Source: Acidimicrobiia bacterium (GTDB taxonomy: Bacteria > Actinomycetota > Acidimicrobiia > IMCC26256 > BP-133). From it: a stretch of 39,188 nucleotides of DNA. Every line of letters begins with the position of its first letter. The stretch's first letter is position 1. The translations under genes and the position numbers were made by a program. The notes below the pieces were generated by a model. It was not told the origin of the DNA. It saw only the letters and a list, made by a program, of their open reading frames with translations, and ran no database searches. Shown in pieces: positions 34,774 to 39,188 of this stretch. Where the stretch lies: contig JBIOYN010000397.1 of the NCBI GenBank assembly GCA_044870155.1, forward strand, positions 1-39,188, read 5' to 3'.

Positions 34774-35477
34774 TCGATGATGTCCATCTCGGCGAAGGGA
34801 AAGCGGCCAAGAGTGTCGAGGAACACCCCGGGGTCGCCCTCCCAGTCCAACGCCGCCACCTGGGCCCGGCTCCGGCGGGAGTAGAGGCAGCGCAGCAGCT
34901 CGAACTCGTCGGGTGCGGTGACCGTGGCCCCTGGCCCAATGCCTCCCTCACAACCGGGTGGCCCGGCCACCCATTCCCGGGCCCCGGCCCGCAGCCGCAG
35001 GCTGGGAAGACCGGCCTCTCCCAGCCGCGCTCCCAGGTTGACGATCACCAGCTCGAGCGAGAAGTGCATCCCCGCCGCCTGGCGGGCCCCGGGCCGGCCG
35101 GTGGCGCCGCGGATGTCCTGTTCGTGGAGATAACAGTCCGCCACCACCCGCAGGATGTCCGGTAGCCCCACCCCGAGGTCGAGGAACGACTCGAGGCGGG
35201 GCGCCGTCCCGGCCCATTCCTCCAGGACCTCGGCCAGCGACAGGGCCCGGCGCGCCTCCACCTGGGCTGCGGTCCACGGATCGCTCCCCCGGCCCGCCAC
35301 GTTGCCAGTCACCACATCGGACGCCACGCCGGCGAGGTGGCCGACGATGTCCCGGGGACTCCACGCCGGCGTGGCCGGCACCTTCGCCGCCAGCTCGTCC
35401 GGCGAGAGCGAGGACACCAGGGCCGCCACCCGTTCCCTGGTCTCGGCGTAGATGGCACCCAATCCGATCTCCGCCAC
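34770..35477 (-). CDS. Mycothiol-dependent maleylpyruvate isomerase (MDMPI/DinB) family protein
   Basis: VPATPAWSPRDIVGHL and DCYLHEQDIR metal-binding motifs. Confidence 0.82.
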   Translation of the reverse strand: MAEIGLGAIYAETRERVAALVSSLSPDELAAKVPATPAWSPRDIVGHLAGVASDVVTGNVAGRGSDPWTAAQVEARRALSLAEVLEEWAGTAPRLESFLDLGVGLPDILRVVADCYLHEQDIRGATGRPGARQAAGMHFSLELVIVNLGARLGEAGLPSLRLRAGAREWVAGPPGCEGGIGPGATVTAPDEFELLRCLYSRRSRAQVAALDWEGDPGVFLDTLGRFPFAEMDIIE

Positions 35478-35479
35478 CG

Positions 35480-36772
35480 CTACACCAACAGGATCTCGGC
35501 CTCGCCGGCGTGCCCGTCGAGGTCGCCCTCCTCGATGGGCCCCACCGCGGCCAGGACCCGGGGCGCGCCGTCGATGATCCGCTCGATGACCCGGGCCACG
35601 TCGTCCGGGCTGACGGCGTCGATGCGGGCCACCAGCTCGTCCATGTCCAGCACCTCCCCGGCGGTGAGCTCGGAGCGGCCCAGCCGCTCCATGCGGGGCG
35701 ACGAACCCTCGAGCGACAGGGCCAGCTGGCCCTTGAAGTGCCCCTTGGCCCGTTCCAGCTCGCCGTCGTCCATGCCCCGCTCGGTCACCAGACGGTCGAG
35801 CTCGTGGTTGACGATGGAGAGGACCTCACCCACCCGGGAAGGCGCGGTGCCGGCATAGATGGCGAACATCCCCGTGTCCTCGAACGCCGCCCGGTAGGAG
35901 TACACGGAATAGGCCAGCCCCCGGCGCTCCCGGATCTCCTGGAACAGCCGCGACGACATCCCGCCGCCCAGCACGTGGTTGAGGACGGACAGGGCGTAGC
36001 GGTCGGGGTCGGAGCGGGACAGGCCCGGCATCCCCAGCACCAGGTGGGCCTGCTCCGTGGGCCGGGTGAGGACCCGGCGCGCCCCCGCGGGACGGATCTC
36101 GGCGTTGGGCCGCGGCTCCCGGTCACCCGTCTGGCCGGCGAAACGGCGCTCGACCTCACCCACGATCTCGTCGTGGTCGAGGTTGCCGGCCGCCGCCACC
36201 ACCACGTTGCCACCCTTGTAGTGCCGGGAGTGGAAGGCGGCGATCTGGGCCGGGGTCATGGCCTCGATGGAGTCCACCCGGCCGAGCACCTCCCGGCCGA
36301 TGGTCTGGGCCGGGAACAGGGCCTCGGCGAAGATCGAGTGCACGAGCTCGTCGGGCGTGTCCTCGTGCATCCGGATCTCCTCCAGGATGACCTGGCGCTC
36401 GCAGTCCACCTCGTCAGGGCGGAAGGCGGGCGACCAGATCACGTCGGAGAGGATGTCGAGGGCGAGCTCGTAGCTCTCGTCCAGGATGCGGACGTAGTAG
36501 GCGGTGTACTCCTTGGTGGTGAAGGCGTTCATCTCGCCACCGACGGCCTCCACCGCCTCGGCGATGTCCTGGGCGCTCCGCCGGTCGGTGCCCTTGAACA
36601 GCAGGTGCTCGAGGAAGTGGCTGGCCCCGGCCAGCTCCTCGGGCTCGTCGCGCGAGCCCGTCCCCGCCCAGAACCCGATGGCCACCGAGCGCAGCTCGGG
36701 CAGCGCCTCGGTCACCACCCGGATGCCGTTGTCGAGGTGGGTGCGCCGGACGGCCTCGCCGTTGTCGGCCAT
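35480..36772 (-). CDS. M16 (pitrilysin) family zinc peptidase
   Basis: HFLEH (HxxEH), NAFTTKE, GGGMSSRLFQEIRERRGLAYSV. Conserved position between pnp and dapB. Confidence 0.95.
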   Translation of the reverse strand: MADNGEAVRRTHLDNGIRVVTEALPELRSVAIGFWAGTGSRDEPEELAGASHFLEHLLFKGTDRRSAQDIAEAVEAVGGEMNAFTTKEYTAYYVRILDESYELALDILSDVIWSPAFRPDEVDCERQVILEEIRMHEDTPDELVHSIFAEALFPAQTIGREVLGRVDSIEAMTPAQIAAFHSRHYKGGNVVVAAAGNLDHDEIVGEVERRFAGQTGDREPRPNAEIRPAGARRVLTRPTEQAHLVLGMPGLSRSDPDRYALSVLNHVLGGGMSSRLFQEIRERRGLAYSVYSYRAAFEDTGMFAIYAGTAPSRVGEVLSIVNHELDRLVTERGMDDGELERAKGHFKGQLALSLEGSSPRMERLGRSELTAGEVLDMDELVARIDAVSPDDVARVIERIIDGAPRVLAAVGPIEEGDLDGHAGEAEILLV

Positions 36773-36800
36773 CAATGAGCCGCGAGTCCCAGGTTGGTCA

Positions 36801-39188
36801 CTATCGGCGCCCGCCCCGGCGGTCGCCGCCCCGGCCCCGGCCGCCGCGGTCGCGCCCGCCGCGGTCACGGTCCCGGTCCCGGTCGCGGTCGCGGTCGTCG
36901 CTCCGGGAACGGACGCCGGGCACGTCGACCGGCCCCAGGTCCCCGAACTCGTCCTTGGCCGTGCGATCCCAGTTGTCGTCGAAGGAGACGAGGTCCCGGT
37001 CCCCTTCCAGGGCCCGCACCGACGATCCGCCGCCGTTGCCTCCGGAGGGGCCGCCCGCTGACCCGCCGTCGTCGTCACCCGGGCCGCCGCCACCTTCAAG
37101 GCCCTCGAGGGGCTTGGCCAGGGAGAGGGACACCTTGCCCTGGGGGTCGACGTCATCGACCCGGACGCTGACCTCCGTGCCGAGCGACACGACGTCCTCC
37201 ACCCGGTCGACCCGCCGTCCACCGCCCAGCTTCGAAATGTGCAGGAGGCCGTCCCGGCCCGGGAGGATGTTGACGAACGCTCCGAACTTGGTGATGTTCA
37301 CGACCTTGCCGGAGTAGATCCCGCCGATCTCGGCTTCCGGCGGATGCAGGATGAGCTCGATGAGCCGGCGGGCCTCGTTGACCGCCCCGCCGTCGCGCCC
37401 GCCGATGGTGACGGTGCCGACCTGGCCGTCGTCGTCCACGTTGACGTCGGCGCCCGTCTCCTGCTGGATCCCGTTGATGACCTTGCCCTTGGGGCCGATG
37501 ACCTCGCCCACCCGGTCGAGAGGGATCTGGAAGCTGATGATCTTGGGGGCCGACTCCGCCACCTCTTCGCGGGGGGCGGGGATGGCGTCGGCGATGACCT
37601 CGAGGATCTTGAGGCGGGCGTCCTTGGCCTGGCGCAGGGCGTCGGCCAGGACCTCCGCCGGCAGCCCGTCGATCTTGGTGTCGAGCTGGAGGGCGGTGAC
37701 GAAGTCGGCCGTCCCCGCCACCTTGAAGTCCATGTCGCCGAAGGCGTCCTCGGCGCCGAGGATGTCGGTGAGGGCGGTGTACTTGCCCTCGGCGAAGACG
37801 AGGCCCATGGCGATCCCGGCCACGGGGGCCTTGATGGGGACACCGGCGTCCATGAGCGAAAGGGTCGAGCCGCACACCGACGCCATGGACGTCGAGCCGT
37901 TGGAGGACAAGACGTCGGAGACGACCCGCAGGGCGTAGGGGAACTCGCCGACCGGTGGGACCACGGGCAGGAGGGCCCGCTCGGCCAGGGCCCCGTGGCC
38001 GATCTCGCGCCGCTTGGGTGAGCCCACCCGGCCCGTCTCCCCGGTGGAGAAGGGCGGGAAGTTGTAGTGGTGCATGTAGCGCTTGGCGTCGTCGATGCCG
38101 ATGGTGTCGAGCATCTGCTCCAGGCGGGGCATGCCCAGGGTGGCTACCGACAGGCACTGGGTTTCCCCCCGCTGGAACAGGCCGGTGCCGTGGGCGGTGC
38201 GCAGCAGACCCACCTGCGCCGACAGGGGACGCAGGTCGGTGGGCGTGCGCCCGTCGATCCGGATGCCCTCGGTCACGATCCGGGTGCGCACCACTTCCTT
38301 CTGGAGGCTGCGGAAGGCCCGCTTGACCGCCACCTCGGAATGCTCCCCGGGGGCCTCGGGGGTGCCGGCCAGGCTGGCCACCAGCTCCGCCGCGATCTCG
38401 TCCAGGCGGGCGTTGCGGTCGGACTTGTCGGCGATCGTGAACGCCTCGGCCACCTGGGCCCGGACCGCCGACTCCACCGCCGCGTAGGTCTCCTCGGAGT
38501 AGTCGGCCATGATCTCAAAGGCCATGGGCTCGATGGGCCCGTTGGCCTCCTCGACCTGGCGCCGCAGCTCGAGCTGGATCTCGATGGAGTCGTTGATCCA
38601 GCGCTTGGCCTCCTCCAGGCCCTCGGCGATGACCTCCTCGGTCACGAGGGGCGCGCCGGCCTGGTACAGCTCCCAGGCGGCCTCGGTGCCGCCGGCCTCC
38701 ACCATCATCACGGCGACGTCGCCGTCGTCGAGGCGCCGGCCCGCCACCACCAGCTCGAAGGTGGAGGCGTCACCCTCCTGATAGGTGGGGTGGGCCAGCC
38801 ACCGACCGTCGTGGTGGGCCAGGCGCACGGCCCCGATGGGGCCGGCGAAGGGAATGCCCGAGACCATGAGGGCGGCCGAGGCGGCATTGATGGACAGCAC
38901 GTCGTGCGGGTTCTCCAGGTCGGCCCCGAGAATGGTGGCCACGATCTGGGTCTCGTTCCGGAAGCCCTTGGGGAATGACGGCCGCAGGGGCCGGTCGGTG
39001 AGCCGGCAGGTCAGGATGGCCTGCTCGGTGGGACGGCCCTCCCGGCGGAAGAACGAGCCGGGGATCTTCCCGGCGGCGTATATGCGCTCCTCCACATCGA
39101 CGGTGAGGGGGAAGAAGTCGATCCCCTCCCGCACCGCTTTGGTGGAGACGGCGGTGGCGAGGACGGTGGTGTCCCCGATGCGAGCGAG
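36801..39188 (-). CDS. pnp: Polyribonucleotide nucleotidyltransferase (5' end beyond the right edge)
   Basis: FFPLTVD, IPGSFFRREGRP, RRE-IGHG, SNGSTSMASVC, DMDFKVAG, KH and S1 domains. Frame is open to the window edge. Confidence 0.99.
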   Translation of the reverse strand, partial: LARIGDTTVLATAVSTKAVREGIDFFPLTVDVEERIYAAGKIPGSFFRREGRPTEQAILTCRLTDRPLRPSFPKGFRNETQIVATILGADLENPHDVLSINAASAALMVSGIPFAGPIGAVRLAHHDGRWLAHPTYQEGDASTFELVVAGRRLDDGDVAVMMVEAGGTEAAWELYQAGAPLVTEEVIAEGLEEAKRWINDSIEIQLELRRQVEEANGPIEPMAFEIMADYSEETYAAVESAVRAQVAEAFTIADKSDRNARLDEIAAELVASLAGTPEAPGEHSEVAVKRAFRSLQKEVVRTRIVTEGIRIDGRTPTDLRPLSAQVGLLRTAHGTGLFQRGETQCLSVATLGMPRLEQMLDTIGIDDAKRYMHHYNFPPFSTGETGRVGSPKRREIGHGALAERALLPVVPPVGEFPYALRVVSDVLSSNGSTSMASVCGSTLSLMDAGVPIKAPVAGIAMGLVFAEGKYTALTDILGAEDAFGDMDFKVAGTADFVTALQLDTKIDGLPAEVLADALRQAKDARLKILEVIADAIPAPREEVAESAPKIISFQIPLDRVGEVIGPKGKVINGIQQETGADVNVDDDGQVGTVTIGGRDGGAVNEARRLIELILHPPEAEIGGIYSGKVVNITKFGAFVNILPGRDGLLHISKLGGGRRVDRVEDVVSLGTEVSVRVDDVDPQGKVSLSLAKPLEGLEGGGGPGDDDGGSAGGPSGGNGGGSSVRALEGDRDLVSFDDNWDRTAKDEFGDLGPVDVPGVRSRSDDRDRDRDRDRDRGGRDRGGRGRGGDRRGGRR

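Noticed and set aside
36845-36900. Short tandem repeats as possible CRISPR or VNTR
   Set aside because: 6-nt coding repeats for Asp-Arg in the PNPase tail. No repeat-spacer structure and no cas genes in the window.

Overview
High-GC actinobacterial core-genome segment. Gene content and order suggest Acidimicrobiia, which is an inference. Most genes lie on the minus strand. Reading right to left: pnp (partial), M16 peptidase, MDMPI-family gene, dapB, then an accessory block (Hsp15/S4, frameshifted ligC, two paralogous TetRs flanking a small secreted RTX-repeat gene, AurF-like diiron enzyme, IS630, SnoaL), then rnj, ftsK, an LPXTG surface protein, two small hypotheticals, rimO-pgsA-cinA-thpR-recA-spoVS-miaB-miaA-dapF-hflX-dapC-dapD-dapE-helD, lexA (+), a membrane gene (+), nrdR and nrdJ (partial, absent from the ORF track). 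No CRISPR, rRNA or tRNA was seen, and no clearly new multi-gene system can be established from sequence alone. Best leads: (1) an unannotated 28-aa leaderless uORF coupled to nrdR by a TGATG overlap; (2) two LAGLIDADG inteins, one at the NrdJ redox cysteine and one M. tuberculosis-like RecA-a intein ending Ser-Asn instead of His-Asn; (3) a dual LexA plus PafBC-like recA promoter; (4) a 1-nt insertion fusing LigC to Hsp15; (5) helD apparently starting at ACG; (6) an IS630 whose transposase stop codon is completed by its CTAG target, which is also a host stop codon; (7) pervasive leaderless promoter architecture.
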